Assembly (NCBI GenBank): GCA_041398345.1
Contig: JAWKUY010000004.1
Coordinates: forward strand, 125,026 to 189,025
Source of the DNA: Hyphomonadaceae bacterium
GTDB lineage: Bacteria; Pseudomonadota; Alphaproteobacteria; Caulobacterales; Aquidulcibacteraceae
Direction of reading: 5' to 3'
Length of the DNA: 64,000 nucleotides
Part shown: positions 10,158 to 20,264 of the stretch, piece by piece
Position numbering within the stretch: the first letter of the stretch is position 1
Layout: each line of letters opens with the position of its first letter
The notes under the pieces: model-generated
Told to the model about the DNA's origin: nothing
What the model saw: the letters and a program-made list of their open reading frames with translations, nothing else
Database searches by the model: none
Program-made: the position numbers and the translations under genes

Positions 10158-10859
10158 TCACACCGCCGGCCCTCCAAGGTCCGACGCCTTCTGTTCCAGC
10201 GCCGCGATTTCGACATCGAGCGCATTGATCTCGTGGCGGAGCACATCGAGGTCGCGCTCCATGTCTTGCAGCGCGATTGGATCCTCGGCGGCTTCGATCT
10301 CGGCGTTGCTCAGCGCACGCAGACGCTCATCTGCGCGCGCGCGCCGCTCAACCGCGTGATTGAGCGCAGCCAGCACCGTCTCGCGGTCCTCGCGCACCTC
10401 CATGCCCTCGACCACCACTTCACCGTTGAACGAATTGGCGATGAAACAGACATCGTGGCTCTTGTGGTGCAGATCGCTGATCTCGGCGGGGCTGGGACGT
10501 TTGTCCCCCGACCACGCGACGACCGGCTTCAGCGTCACTTTTGTGATGGCGATCTTGCCGCCCGGGCGCTTCGACATCACCCCTTCCGCGGCATCGACGT
10601 AAGAATCGACGATGAAGCCCGCCTTGCGCGCAAAATCGAGAAAGAAGAGCGCATGGCACGATGAAAGCGCCGCCACGAACAATTCCTCCGGATCGGCGGC
10701 GTCTTCGCGGCTCAAAGGCGGGCGCACGACGTGCGGAGAAGAAGACGCCGGGATCGAAAATCCGCCGTCAAAAGCGATCTCGTGCCCGCGCGAATATTTG
10801 CCGTCGCTGAACGGCTGGTCGCCACGCTTCCAGGTGAGAGTTGCGGTATAGACGCTCAT
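10158..10859 (-). CDS. OsmC/Ohr family protein with a C-terminal coiled-coil extension
   Basis: DPEELFVAALSSCH and CFIANS (two catalytic Cys), followed by about 80 extra helical residues. Confidence 0.85.
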   Translation of the reverse strand: MSVYTATLTWKRGDQPFSDGKYSRGHEIAFDGGFSIPASSSPHVVRPPLSREDAADPEELFVAALSSCHALFFLDFARKAGFIVDSYVDAAEGVMSKRPGGKIAITKVTLKPVVAWSGDKRPSPAEISDLHHKSHDVCFIANSFNGEVVVEGMEVREDRETVLAALNHAVERRARADERLRALSNAEIEAAEDPIALQDMERDLDVLRHEINALDVEIAALEQKASDLGGPAV

Positions 10860-12652
10860 CAAAATGCGTCCGCCGCCAGCGCCATCACAGGATCGGCGCC
10901 TGATTTGAGCTTGGCCAGATGTGCGCCCGCGTCAGGCAGCATGCGCGCCAGGAAATAACGCCCCGTGGCCAGCTTGCCGTCATAATAGGGATCGCCGGCG
11001 CCGCCATTTTTCTTCGCGGCCAGCGCCGCCTTTGCCTGCAGCGCCCACATATAGGCAAGCGCCGTCAATCCGAACAGATTGAGATAATCATGACTGGCGG
11101 CGCCGGCATTGTCGAAATTGGCCATGCCGTTCTGCATCAGCCACATCGTGCCGTCCTGCAGTTGCGCTCTCGCCGCTTTCAGCGCCTCGATGAATTCGTT
11201 CAAGCCCGCCTCGCCTTCGTGCGCATGCACGAAGTCGTCGATCTCATTGAAGAACGCGAAGATGGCGCGCCCGCCATTGGCGCCGAGCTTGCGTCCGACA
11301 AGGTCGAGCGCCTGTATGCCGTTGGCGCCTTCATAGATCATGGCGATGCGCGCATCGCGCACAAATTGGCTCATGCCATGTTCTTCGATGTAGCCATGGC
11401 CGCCGAAGATCTGCTGGCAATTGGTAGCGTTGGCGTAGCCCATATCGGTGAGGTAACTTTTGATCACCGGGGTCATCAGGCCCATGTAGTCTTCGGCTTT
11501 TTCGCGCACCTTCTCATCCGGCGATGCGTGCAGAAGATCGCCGTTCAGCGCCGTCCAGAACGCGAATGCGCGTGCGCCCTCGTTGAACGCCTTCGCGTCC
11601 ATCAGCATGCGGCGGATGTCGGGATGCACGATGATCGGGTCGGCGGGACCGTCCGGATTCTTGGCGCCGGTGATGGAGCGCCCCTGCAGGCGATCCTTGG
11701 CGTAGGCGAGGCCATTCTGGTAGGCGACTTCCGATTGCGAAAGCCCCTGCAGGCCAACGCCAAGGCGCGCCACGTTCATCATTGTGAACATGGCGGCGAG
11801 GCCCTTGTTCTCCACGCCGATCAGATGGCCGATGGCGTCATCGTAATTGAGCACGCACGTCGAGTTGCCGTGAATGCCCATCTTCTCTTCGATCTTGCCG
11901 CAAACGACGCCATTGCGCGCACCCAGCGAAGCGTCTTCGTTCACCAGGAATTTGGGCACGATGAACAGCGAAATGCCCTTCGTGCCCATCGGCGCGCCCT
12001 CGATGCGCGCAAGCACCAGGTGGATGATGTTCTCAGCCAGATCGTGCTCGCCGGCGGAGATGAATATCTTCTGCCCTGTGATGCGATAGGTTCCGTCGGC
12101 CTGAGGAATGGCCTTGGTGCGCAACATGCCCAGGTCGGTGCCGCAATGCGGCTCGGTCAGGTTCATGGTGCCGGTCCACTCGCCGCTCACCAGCCTGGGC
12201 AGGTAAAGATCCTTCTGCGCATCGCTGCCATGTTGGTGGATGGCTTCGTAGGCGCCGTGGCTCAGCCCCGGATACATGGTGAAGGCCATGTTGGCGCTTG
12301 AGCACATCTCGCTCCACGCCATCGCAACCACGTGCGGCAAACCCTGGCCGCCATAGTTCGGATCGCTGGACAGCGCCGGCCAGCCAGCCTCCACGAATTG
12401 CCGGTAGGCTTCCTTGAACCCGGGCGGCGTCACGACCGAGCCGTCCTCATTGCGCGTGCAGCCGTGCTCGTCGCCCACCTTGTTCAGCGGCGCAAGCACG
12501 CCTTCGCAGAATTTGGCGCCTTCTTCGAGCACCTGATCGACCAGATCCATCGGCGCCTCGGCAAAGCCGGGCAAGTTCGAATAGCGCTCGATGTCGAGAA
12601 CATCCTTCAGGAGAAACCGGTATTCACGCAGCGGGGCGCTGTAGCTCGGCAT
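10859..12652 (-). CDS. Acyl-CoA dehydrogenase
   Basis: TMNLTEPHCGTDL, GQKIFIS, KMGIHG, FGGHGYI, IYEGANGIQ. Confidence 0.95.
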   Translation of the reverse strand: MPSYSAPLREYRFLLKDVLDIERYSNLPGFAEAPMDLVDQVLEEGAKFCEGVLAPLNKVGDEHGCTRNEDGSVVTPPGFKEAYRQFVEAGWPALSSDPNYGGQGLPHVVAMAWSEMCSSANMAFTMYPGLSHGAYEAIHQHGSDAQKDLYLPRLVSGEWTGTMNLTEPHCGTDLGMLRTKAIPQADGTYRITGQKIFISAGEHDLAENIIHLVLARIEGAPMGTKGISLFIVPKFLVNEDASLGARNGVVCGKIEEKMGIHGNSTCVLNYDDAIGHLIGVENKGLAAMFTMMNVARLGVGLQGLSQSEVAYQNGLAYAKDRLQGRSITGAKNPDGPADPIIVHPDIRRMLMDAKAFNEGARAFAFWTALNGDLLHASPDEKVREKAEDYMGLMTPVIKSYLTDMGYANATNCQQIFGGHGYIEEHGMSQFVRDARIAMIYEGANGIQALDLVGRKLGANGGRAIFAFFNEIDDFVHAHEGEAGLNEFIEALKAARAQLQDGTMWLMQNGMANFDNAGAASHDYLNLFGLTALAYMWALQAKAALAAKKNGGAGDPYYDGKLATGRYFLARMLPDAGAHLAKLKSGADPVMALAADAF

Positions 12653-12689
12653 GACCTGCTCCTCCTATTTTTGTTCTTCTATAGGCGCA

Positions 12690-13139
12690 TCAATGTGCGT
12701 CTTCGAGCCGCTTCTTGGCCTCAGCCTCGAACGCGCGCGCAGCGCCGAGAGCCGCCGCCGGCGCGGGCTTCGAAAGAAATTTCTCGGTCAGTGTGATGCT
12801 TTGCTGGAGCGTCGCGATCGCAGCGTCGATATCCTCACGTTGAGCTTCTAACGCGACAATACGATCCCGGTATTTCTTGAGCGCCGTCTGCGCCTGCGCC
12901 CGCTGATCGACCTTGTAGAGGTCGAGGATTTCCTTGATTTCGATGAGCGACAGCCCAACGCGCTTGCCTCTCAGAATGAGTTGCAAACGAGCGCGGTCCC
13001 GATGGGAATAGACCCGGTTCATCCCCTCCCGGCGCGGATTGAGTAGCCCCTTGTCCTCGTAGAACCGCAGTGCGCGCGGCGTCACGGCGAACTCGCGGGC
13101 CAACTGCGAAATTGTGTAGGTGCGCTCGCTCTTGGTCAT
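12690..13139 (-). CDS. MerR-family regulator (LiuR-like)
   Basis: YTISQLAREFAVTPRALRFYEDKGLL HTH; first gene of the acyl-CoA degradation operon. Confidence 0.9.
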   Translation of the reverse strand: MTKSERTYTISQLAREFAVTPRALRFYEDKGLLNPRREGMNRVYSHRDRARLQLILRGKRVGLSLIEIKEILDLYKVDQRAQAQTALKKYRDRIVALEAQREDIDAAIATLQQSITLTEKFLSKPAPAAALGAARAFEAEAKKRLEDAH

Positions 13140-13177
13140 GGCTCATTGATCCCGACAAAAGTGCCCGAGGGAGCGCG

Positions 13178-13229
13178 ACGCTAGCTTCCGTTTACGGAAG
13201 GGTCAATCAAAGATGACGCACACGTCAAC
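13178..13229 (-). promoter_or_regulatory. Promoter of the MerR/beta-oxidation operon with two palindromic operators
   Basis: Minus strand TTGACC-17 nt-TAGCGT; the spacer holds the palindrome CTTCCG-TAAA-CGGAAG; a second palindrome TGACG-N4-CGTCA lies at 13214-13227. Confidence 0.6.
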
Positions 13230-13341
13230 AATCGGCGCCCCGAAGCACGGGGCGGCATGGGGTTGCCGCGACCCGAGGTCCTCTCGAAGGCGGGACGATC
13301 CGGCATCGAAACCAAAACGATTTCAAAGCGTTCGGCTGTGG

Positions 13342-13375
13342 CTAACGCGCGTTTACCATTTTACCCGCCATTAAC
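13342..13375 (+). promoter_or_regulatory. CtrA-like boxes upstream of podJ
   Basis: TTTA-N7-TTAAC at 13360-13375 and CTAA-N7-TTAC at 13342-13356, compared with consensus TTAA-N7-TTAA. Confidence 0.5.
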
Positions 13376-13490
13376 ACCGGGCCGACTTTGATCGACACTG
13401 CAGTTTCATGGGCGATTCTCAGTTTTGGGGAATTTGCCCTGGGGTTGGGCGTGAGCCGCGGACGCGCGGCGACAACGCGGCGAGGGCAAA

Positions 13491-16400
13491 ATGAGCGGTG
13501 CGCAAAGCTGGAGCGTCAAGGGCATAGACCCCAAAGTGCGGGAAGCTGCGCGCGAAGCCGCCGCCCGACAGGGTATGAGCCTCGGCGAATATTTGAACCA
13601 GGCGCTGGCCGGCCAGCACCGCAATGGCGAGACGCCACAGCAGCACAATCCCCTGGCGCCGGCCCGCGCCCGGCTCGGGCGTTACGCGCTGACGCATGAC
13701 GACCTGGACGGTGAGGACGATTGGCACGTTGGCGGCCCGCACAGGACAGCAGATCCCGTGCGGTTGGCGCAGCGTATTGAATCCATAGAGCGTCGCACGC
13801 AACTCGCCGTCACGGGCCTGGATCGCGCCGTTTCCACCATCGACCGTTCGGTCTTGGGCTTGGCCGCACGCATCGAAGATGCCGAAGCGGTATCGACGGA
13901 AGCTGTTGACCGCCTCGCGGAGGCGCTCGAGCAATTCCGCGCTGCAGGCGAAACGCTCAGCGGCAAGCTGCAGCGCGCTGAGCAGGAAACCGTTGAGAGC
14001 CGGCGCGCTTTTGAAGGTGCAGCTGCTGACATCAATGATGTGAAAGAACGCCTCCAACACCAGGTGGCGGTGGCTGAAGAAGTGGCGCGCCGCGCCGAAG
14101 CGGCGGCTTCATTCCTCACCTCCGAGATGGAGAACCGCGAGAGCGCCATCGCCAACACCCTGGCTGAAGCGCGCGCGGTGGCCGAAGAGGCCGCGCGGCA
14201 GGCAAGCGAGGCATCCGCCGACGCGGTCAACGAATTGCGCCGCCTGCAGGAAGAACTGAGCGAGCGGCTCATCGAGTCCGAGACGTCGACACGCCGCGCA
14301 GTCGAAACCGCGATCGCGGAAGTGCGCTCCGAGACCGCCAACGAAACGCGCGGCGCACGCGAGGCGCTGCTTGAAGAGGTCGTCCGGCTCGAAAGCGAAA
14401 TCGCCAAGCGCGTCGGCGCCGTCGATCAGCTGAAATCGGAACAAGCGGCGCTGATCGCGCGCATTGAGCGCGCCGAAGCGGCGTCCCGGGAATCCACCGC
14501 GGGCCTGCGCCAAGCGGCCGGCGCGGCGATCGCCGATCTACGCAACGCCCAGCTGACGCTGACCGCGCGGCTGAAGCAGGTCGAGGACGCCGCGAGCGCA
14601 TCGGGCGCGACCGATCTCAGCGAGCTTCGGCAATCACAACAGGATATCGCCGAACGCCTCGCCAACCTGGAGCAAAGGACTGGTGAAAATCCGGTCGCCG
14701 ACGCCCTTGCGGCGTTTGAGGCGCGCATCGCCGGCATCGAGGCCGCGGGCGACGGCGCAGCCAAAATAGAAGAGATCGGCGAAAGCGTGCAATCGCTCGA
14801 TCAGGCGATGCAACGTCTGGCGGAGCGTATCGCGGAGACGGAATCGACCGCCAATACGGCGATCCGCACGCTGGAGGAGACAGTCTCTTCGCTGGGCGCG
14901 CGCGTGGAGCAAGGCGGCGCCGCTCAGGAAACCGAAGCCGTGCGCGCGATGCTCGAGCAGCGCCTCGACACGATGGCGCAATCGGTGCGCGAAGATCTCA
15001 GCAACCAGATCCAGCAGGCGCTCGCGGGCGGAGAAGGCGTCGAAGACGCGCTTGCCGATGTGAACCGGCGTCTGGCCGCAGCCGAACGGCGCCAGGCGCA
15101 GACGATCGAAGCGATTTCCATCGAAATCCGCCGCATGTCTGAAAGCGTCGATCAACGCCTGCGCAGCGTCGAGGCGCGCAATGACGACGCGGCTGCTTCC
15201 GCGGTCCGCGAAGAGCTTTCGCGCATGGCCGCGACGCTGGAACAACGCTTCGACGAGATTGAGCGGCGCGAAGCCGCGGCCTTCGACCGGATGGGGCTCG
15301 AGGTCGGCCGGCTGTCGGAACGGCTGGAAGAGCGCGTCGGCGCGGTGGAACAACGCAGCGCCCAGGCGATTGAGCACGTCGGCGAACAAGTCGCACGCAT
15401 GGCTGAGCGCTTCAATCAGCGCCAGGACATGATGGCGCGCGAGCTGGGCGAGCGCATGCTCGACAGCGAAGAGCGCGCAGGCCAGCGCGTCACTGAAGCG
15501 ATCAGCTCGATCATGCAAAGGTTGGCGGAAGTCGAGGAGCATTCGCAGGAAGCCATCGCGCCGGTTCAGAAAGCGGTGTCGAGCGTCGCCTCAAAGCTTG
15601 AGCGCATAGAGAGCGGCGAACAGGCGGCGGAGCCCCTGCCCTCGATCCCGACGCCGTCGCGGCGCGTTGAAGATTATTCCGCCTTCTCCAGCGATGAGGA
15701 CCGCTTCGATCTGAGCGATCCAGAACCGCAGCCCTACGTATCGCCGCTGGACGCCGCCCAACCGGTGCGCGCAGGTCCATTGCCGCCTCTGCACACGCTG
15801 CACGGGCCGCAGGCGCCGATCGACGACGATATCTATTTCGCCGAAGACGATGTCGAGATCGACGACCTGCTCGAGGACGCTGAAGAATACACGCCGCCGC
15901 AGCCTGCGGAGTTCGATGTTTCCCCGGACGATGATCTGCTGATCGAGGAGCCGGAGGTCGAACTGAGCGCCGTTGAGCCGGAGGCTTTTGCTGCGGAGGT
16001 CGGCAACGATCCGTTCTGGACCCCCGATGAGGATGCGTTGGCCAGCGAAGAGAGCCCGCAGCCCCCGGCAGAGGACGCCGTCGCCTTGAGCGACAGCTAT
16101 GACGACGTGCCGCTCGCCCATACAGAGGCGCCGGCTTTGGAGCTCTTGGACGAGCCCGCGCCGCCGCCGGCGAAGAATGATTATCTCGCCAATGCACGTA
16201 AGGCCGCGCAGGCGCAGTCCTTGCCCAAAACGCGCCCTGACAAGGGTGCGCAGGCGCCCAAGCTCAGCTTGCGCGGATCGAGCCGCGTCGTGCTGTGGGG
16301 CGCGGCCACAGCCGTTGCGGCGCTGCTGATTGGCGGCGCTTACTACATGAACCGGGCAGCCGATAATGTCGCGCCCGAGCCCGCGCCAACGCCGCCGCCA

Positions 16401-17198
16401 TCGGCGCCCGCCACCGCGCAGGATGGGCTTGCATCACCATCGGCCGATCCGTTCGCGGAGGCGCCGGTGGAAGGGGTCGCGCCGGATGTTCCGGGCTCGG
16501 CCGCCTCGGAAACGCCGGTGGCTGCGAACGCCCAAGGCGCCAGCACTCAGCCCGTCGTCGCGGGGCCGCTTCCCGCGCGAAACGTGTCGCTTGAACAGGC
16601 GGCCCAGAGCGGGGACCTCACGGCGCAATACGAACTGGCGCTCCAGCGTATCGCGGCAGGCCGCACCGAGGAGGGCGTGACCATGCTTCGCCGCGCTGCT
16701 GACCGGGGCTTCCCGATGGCGCAGTACCGCATGGCCAAGCTCTATGAGCGCGGCGAAGGCGTCGCGGCAGACCTCACGGTGGCCCGCCAATGGACCGAGC
16801 GCGCGGCGGCGGCGGGCAATCGCCGCGCCATGCACGATCTCGGCGTCTATTTCGCCCGTGGCGAGGGCGCGCCACTGGACGAAGCGGCCGCGTTCCGGTG
16901 GTTCCGCCAGGCCGCTGAGCTTGGCGTCGCCGACAGCCAGTACAATCTGGGCGTCCTCTATCAACAAGGCCGTGGCGTGAACGCCTCGCCATCGGAGGCG
17001 CTGTTCTGGTTCATGGTGGCGGCGCGCCAGGGTGATCAGGACGCCGCAGCGCGCGCAACGGCGCTGGAGGCGCAGCTCACGCAAATGCAGACGGAGCAGG
17101 CCCAGGCGCGCGCGCAGGCCTTCCGCCCGCGTGCGGCGAGCGCTGTCGCCAATGGCGAGTTTGGGCAACGGCCTTGGGCTGCCCGCCCCGGCGCCTGA
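13491..17198 (+). CDS. podJ: Polar organelle development protein PodJ
   Basis: N-terminal WSVKGIDPKVREAA..GMSLGEYLN, long coiled coil, acidic Pro-rich region, one TM helix, three Sel1 repeats. Confidence 0.9.
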   Translation: MSGAQSWSVKGIDPKVREAAREAAARQGMSLGEYLNQALAGQHRNGETPQQHNPLAPARARLGRYALTHDDLDGEDDWHVGGPHRTADPVRLAQRIESIERRTQLAVTGLDRAVSTIDRSVLGLAARIEDAEAVSTEAVDRLAEALEQFRAAGETLSGKLQRAEQETVESRRAFEGAAADINDVKERLQHQVAVAEEVARRAEAAASFLTSEMENRESAIANTLAEARAVAEEAARQASEASADAVNELRRLQEELSERLIESETSTRRAVETAIAEVRSETANETRGAREALLEEVVRLESEIAKRVGAVDQLKSEQAALIARIERAEAASRESTAGLRQAAGAAIADLRNAQLTLTARLKQVEDAASASGATDLSELRQSQQDIAERLANLEQRTGENPVADALAAFEARIAGIEAAGDGAAKIEEIGESVQSLDQAMQRLAERIAETESTANTAIRTLEETVSSLGARVEQGGAAQETEAVRAMLEQRLDTMAQSVREDLSNQIQQALAGGEGVEDALADVNRRLAAAERRQAQTIEAISIEIRRMSESVDQRLRSVEARNDDAAASAVREELSRMAATLEQRFDEIERREAAAFDRMGLEVGRLSERLEERVGAVEQRSAQAIEHVGEQVARMAERFNQRQDMMARELGERMLDSEERAGQRVTEAISSIMQRLAEVEEHSQEAIAPVQKAVSSVASKLERIESGEQAAEPLPSIPTPSRRVEDYSAFSSDEDRFDLSDPEPQPYVSPLDAAQPVRAGPLPPLHTLHGPQAPIDDDIYFAEDDVEIDDLLEDAEEYTPPQPAEFDVSPDDDLLIEEPEVELSAVEPEAFAAEVGNDPFWTPDEDALASEESPQPPAEDAVALSDSYDDVPLAHTEAPALELLDEPAPPPAKNDYLANARKAAQAQSLPKTRPDKGAQAPKLSLRGSSRVVLWGAATAVAALLIGGAYYMNRAADNVAPEPAPTPPPSAPATAQDGLASPSADPFAEAPVEGVAPDVPGSAASETPVAANAQGASTQPVVAGPLPARNVSLEQAAQSGDLTAQYELALQRIAAGRTEEGVTMLRRAADRGFPMAQYRMAKLYERGEGVAADLTVARQWTERAAAAGNRRAMHDLGVYFARGEGAPLDEAAAFRWFRQAAELGVADSQYNLGVLYQQGRGVNASPSEALFWFMVAARQGDQDAAARATALEAQLTQMQTEQAQARAQAFRPRAASAVANGEFGQRPWAARPGA

Positions 17199-17318
17199 GC
17201 CTGGAGCTGGAACTCACTCGGGAAATCGCCGCGCTGCGGCGTTGCCACGGCGCGCGAGCGTGCGCATAAGAGCCTTGGGCGCGGGGGCGTGCCGCCTCCC
17301 AAGTTCAGAGCTGGACAT

Positions 17319-18233
17319 TTGATCTACCTGCCGATCGCCGAAATGCCGGTGAACGTGCTGCTTGTCCTTTTGGTGAGCGGCTGCGTCGGATTCGTGTCGG
17401 GCTTGGTGGGCGTCGGCGGCGGCTTCATCATGACGCCGGCCTTGATCTTTCTTGGCGTGCCCGCTCCCGTGGCGGTGGCGACAGGCGCCAGCCAAATTGC
17501 AGCGACTTCGTTTTCCGGTATCATGACTCAGACGCGGCGCAAGTCCGTCGATTGGCGGATGGGATTGCTGCTTTCCATCGGCGGCGTGATTGGCAGCGTT
17601 GGCGGCGTGGCGCTGTTCGAGCGGCTGCTGCGCATCGGCCAGTTGGATCTCATCATCTCCCTGCTCTACCTCGTCTTGCTGGCGGGCGTCGGCGTGCTGA
17701 TGCTGCGCGAGAGCTACCACGTGTGGCGCGGACGCACCGCAAAGAGCGTCTCGATCCTGCGCCGGCCGCTGCGCACGGTGGCGCACTCATTGCCATTCCG
17801 GCTGCGGTTTCCGCGCTCAGGGCTTTACGTTTCGGTCGTGCCGCCGCTGGCGCTTGGGTTCGGCATTGGCGCCCTGGCCGCCATCATGGGCGTGGGCGGA
17901 GGATTCATCCTGGTGCCGGCCATGATCTATCTGCTGCGCATGCCCACCAACGTCGTCATCGGCACCTCCTTGTTCCAGGTGCTGATCGTCACCTCGCTCA
18001 TCGTCATCCTGCAATCGGCCGCGACCCAGACCGTGGACCTGGTGCTTGCTGCGCTCTTGATGCTCGGCGGCGTTGTGGGCGCGCAAATTGGCGCGCGCCT
18101 GGGCGCAGGCATGAAGAGTGAGCACATACGCGGGATGCTCGGCGCGCTGCTTGTCGGGGCGGCGGCGAAATTTCTGTTCGACCTCGTGATCACGCCGGCG
18201 GAGACTTACGTGCTGGGCGGAGGCCTTGGATGA
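17319..18233 (+). CDS. Sulfite exporter TauE/SafE family membrane protein
   Basis: IYLPIAE N-terminus, two GVGGGFI repeats; TTG start inferred. Confidence 0.9.
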   Translation: MIYLPIAEMPVNVLLVLLVSGCVGFVSGLVGVGGGFIMTPALIFLGVPAPVAVATGASQIAATSFSGIMTQTRRKSVDWRMGLLLSIGGVIGSVGGVALFERLLRIGQLDLIISLLYLVLLAGVGVLMLRESYHVWRGRTAKSVSILRRPLRTVAHSLPFRLRFPRSGLYVSVVPPLALGFGIGALAAIMGVGGGFILVPAMIYLLRMPTNVVIGTSLFQVLIVTSLIVILQSAATQTVDLVLAALLMLGGVVGAQIGARLGAGMKSEHIRGMLGALLVGAAAKFLFDLVITPAETYVLGGGLG

Positions 18234-19015
18234 GGGCCGCGCTTATCGCCCTCGCCCTCACGCTGCTGGCCAGCCCCGCGCGCGCGCAACAGCCGGGCGA
18301 TGTCGCCAATGACCTCCCCGCCGCTGTGGCCGAAGAGCAGATTTCGGTCAGTTCGGACTATCGCGGATCCTACATCACCGTCTTCGGGCTCAACCCTGAC
18401 CGGCGGGGGCGCGGCGATATCGTCGTCGTCCTGCGCGGCCCCAACGAAGCGGCCACGGTGATGCGTAAGCGGCGCGTGTTCGGCCTTTGGATCAACGGCG
18501 ATCCGGTGCGCTTCAGCCAGGCGCCGGAATTCTTCGCGGTGCTGAGCAACAGGCCGCTGCGCCAAATCGCCAACGCCGATTCCATCTGGCGCTATCAGCT
18601 CGATCCCGCCGCTTCCGCTCAGCTCGCCAGCGCCGTGCCCGCGGGCGGCGACCCATCTGCGTATCGCGCAGCGTTGGTGCGTTTGCGGCGCGAACAAGGC
18701 CTCTACCAATGGTATTCCGGGCGCGCGCGCGAAAACGAACGCGGCGGGCTGACGCTCTATCAGGGCGGCTTGTTCCGCGCTGTCGTGCGCCTGCCCGCCA
18801 ATGCGCCGATCGCGCAATATCACGCCGATACTTACCTCTTCCGCGATGGCCGGCTGATTTCATCGCAGCGCATCCCGGTGACGGTTTCACGCGTCGGCTT
18901 TGAACGCACCATCCACGATCTCGCCACCAACGTCTCGTGGTTCTACGGCATTGTGACTGTTCTGCTGGCGCTGCTCGCGGGCTGGGGCGCTTCGGTGCTA
19001 TTCCGCCGCTCGTGA
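18230..19015 (+). CDS. TIGR02186-family transmembrane protein
   Basis: Signal peptide, RKRRVFGLWIN, LFRAVVRLPAN, C-terminal TM helix; usual partner of the upstream TauE gene. Confidence 0.85.
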   Translation: MRAALIALALTLLASPARAQQPGDVANDLPAAVAEEQISVSSDYRGSYITVFGLNPDRRGRGDIVVVLRGPNEAATVMRKRRVFGLWINGDPVRFSQAPEFFAVLSNRPLRQIANADSIWRYQLDPAASAQLASAVPAGGDPSAYRAALVRLRREQGLYQWYSGRARENERGGLTLYQGGLFRAVVRLPANAPIAQYHADTYLFRDGRLISSQRIPVTVSRVGFERTIHDLATNVSWFYGIVTVLLALLAGWGASVLFRRS

Positions 19016-19488
19016 ACGCCACACCGCCTTTCCCGCCGCGAACAGCACTGCGCCTGAGTTTTCTTGCTCTGGCGCCGCTGGCGATCAGCGCGCTGGTTTC
19101 GCTTTCGCGTCACTTCGAGACGGCCCACATCGCCGTGCTGAGTTTCTCCATTTATGCCGCTGCGCTGCTTTCCTTTCTGGGCGGCGTGCGCTGTGGCTTC
19201 GAACTTATGCGCGCGCCATCCGCGCCCAGCCCGCCCCGGCTTGTGTTCAGCGCCGTTCCAGCGTTGGCAGGCTGGATGCTTGCACTGTTCGTCGTGCTGG
19301 TTCCAACCGCTGGCGGCGCGGCTTCAGCATTCGCTGGATTGTTCGCTGCGCAATACGCCTGGGATCACCGCAGCGCCGCCGACGCCGGAGCGCCGGCCTG
19401 GTACCCTGTCTTGCGGCAAGTCATGACAGGCGGCGCGATGCTGGTGTGCCTGATTGTGCCGCTTGCGAACGCGCTCCACCGCTTCTAG
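19012..19488 (+). CDS. DUF3429-like membrane protein
   Basis: YAAALLSFLGG and PAWYPVLR motifs; GTG start overlapping the upstream stop. Confidence 0.75.
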   Translation: MNATPPFPPRTALRLSFLALAPLAISALVSLSRHFETAHIAVLSFSIYAAALLSFLGGVRCGFELMRAPSAPSPPRLVFSAVPALAGWMLALFVVLVPTAGGAASAFAGLFAAQYAWDHRSAADAGAPAWYPVLRQVMTGGAMLVCLIVPLANALHRF

Positions 19489-20243
19489 TCGCCGAGCAGG
19501 CGCTCCTGCGCAACGGGCAGCACGCAATCCTTGGCGAGCACGAGCGCCGTAAAGCCGCCTGAAAAAATTCCAGCAAATGCCTCGCCGCACACGTTCAAAC
19601 CGCCGGTGAAAGCGCCGAACGCCGGCATGATCAAGCGCGCGCCATCGGTCGCAAAGCAGCGGCGGCGCACGCTGCGCCCTCTCCCCGCAACCCGTGCGCA
19701 TGGATGGAGATGGCCTGCGACTTCGTTGGCCGCACCGCCCGGCTCGTGACGCAGAACCAGCGCACCGATCTGAAGCGTTTCGCGCAGGGCGCCGCCGAGA
19801 GTCTCCGGCGCGCGGCCATCGTGATTGCCTTCGATCCAAATCCAATCGGCGCGCGCGATCAGCCCATGCAGTCGCGCGCGATCCTCGGCATCCATGCGCG
19901 CCGGGCCGCCGCCATCGTGAAAGCTGTCCCCGAGAGAGACCACGATGTCGGGCGCAAGCGTATCCATGAGCGCGGCAAGCTTGGAGAGTGTTGCATGTGT
20001 ATCGTAGGGCGGCAGCATCTGGCCGCCCAATGCAAACGCGGAGCCCTTCTCCAGGTGCAGGTCGGACACCACCAGCGTCTTGGCGTCGGCAATCCAGAGT
20101 GCGCCATCAGGCAGCGCAGTCACTGGCGCATCTGCGATGATCACCTCCACCCCTGCACCCAGCATCGCCATCGGCGGCGGCGCAAACGCAGGCTTGCGGT
20201 GCGGGCGCGGGGGCCTGGACGTTGGGCGGGCGAGCAGCGGCAT
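19485..20243 (-). CDS. pdeM: Ligase-associated DNA damage response metallophosphoesterase/endonuclease PdeM
   Basis: SDLHLEKG, PPYDT, LGDSFHD, GNHD, GHLHP, PAFGAFTGGLN. Confidence 0.85.
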   Translation of the reverse strand: MPLLARPTSRPPRPHRKPAFAPPPMAMLGAGVEVIIADAPVTALPDGALWIADAKTLVVSDLHLEKGSAFALGGQMLPPYDTHATLSKLAALMDTLAPDIVVSLGDSFHDGGGPARMDAEDRARLHGLIARADWIWIEGNHDGRAPETLGGALRETLQIGALVLRHEPGGAANEVAGHLHPCARVAGRGRSVRRRCFATDGARLIMPAFGAFTGGLNVCGEAFAGIFSGGFTALVLAKDCVLPVAQERLLGD

Positions 20244-20264
20244 TTCGCGATCAGAACGGATTCG

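Noticed and set aside
8772-10664. 630-aa plus-strand ORF (also 10919..12301, 22810..24807, 26945..28408 and similar)
   Set aside because: Antisense shadows of well-supported genes, typical of high-GC codon bias; no motifs.
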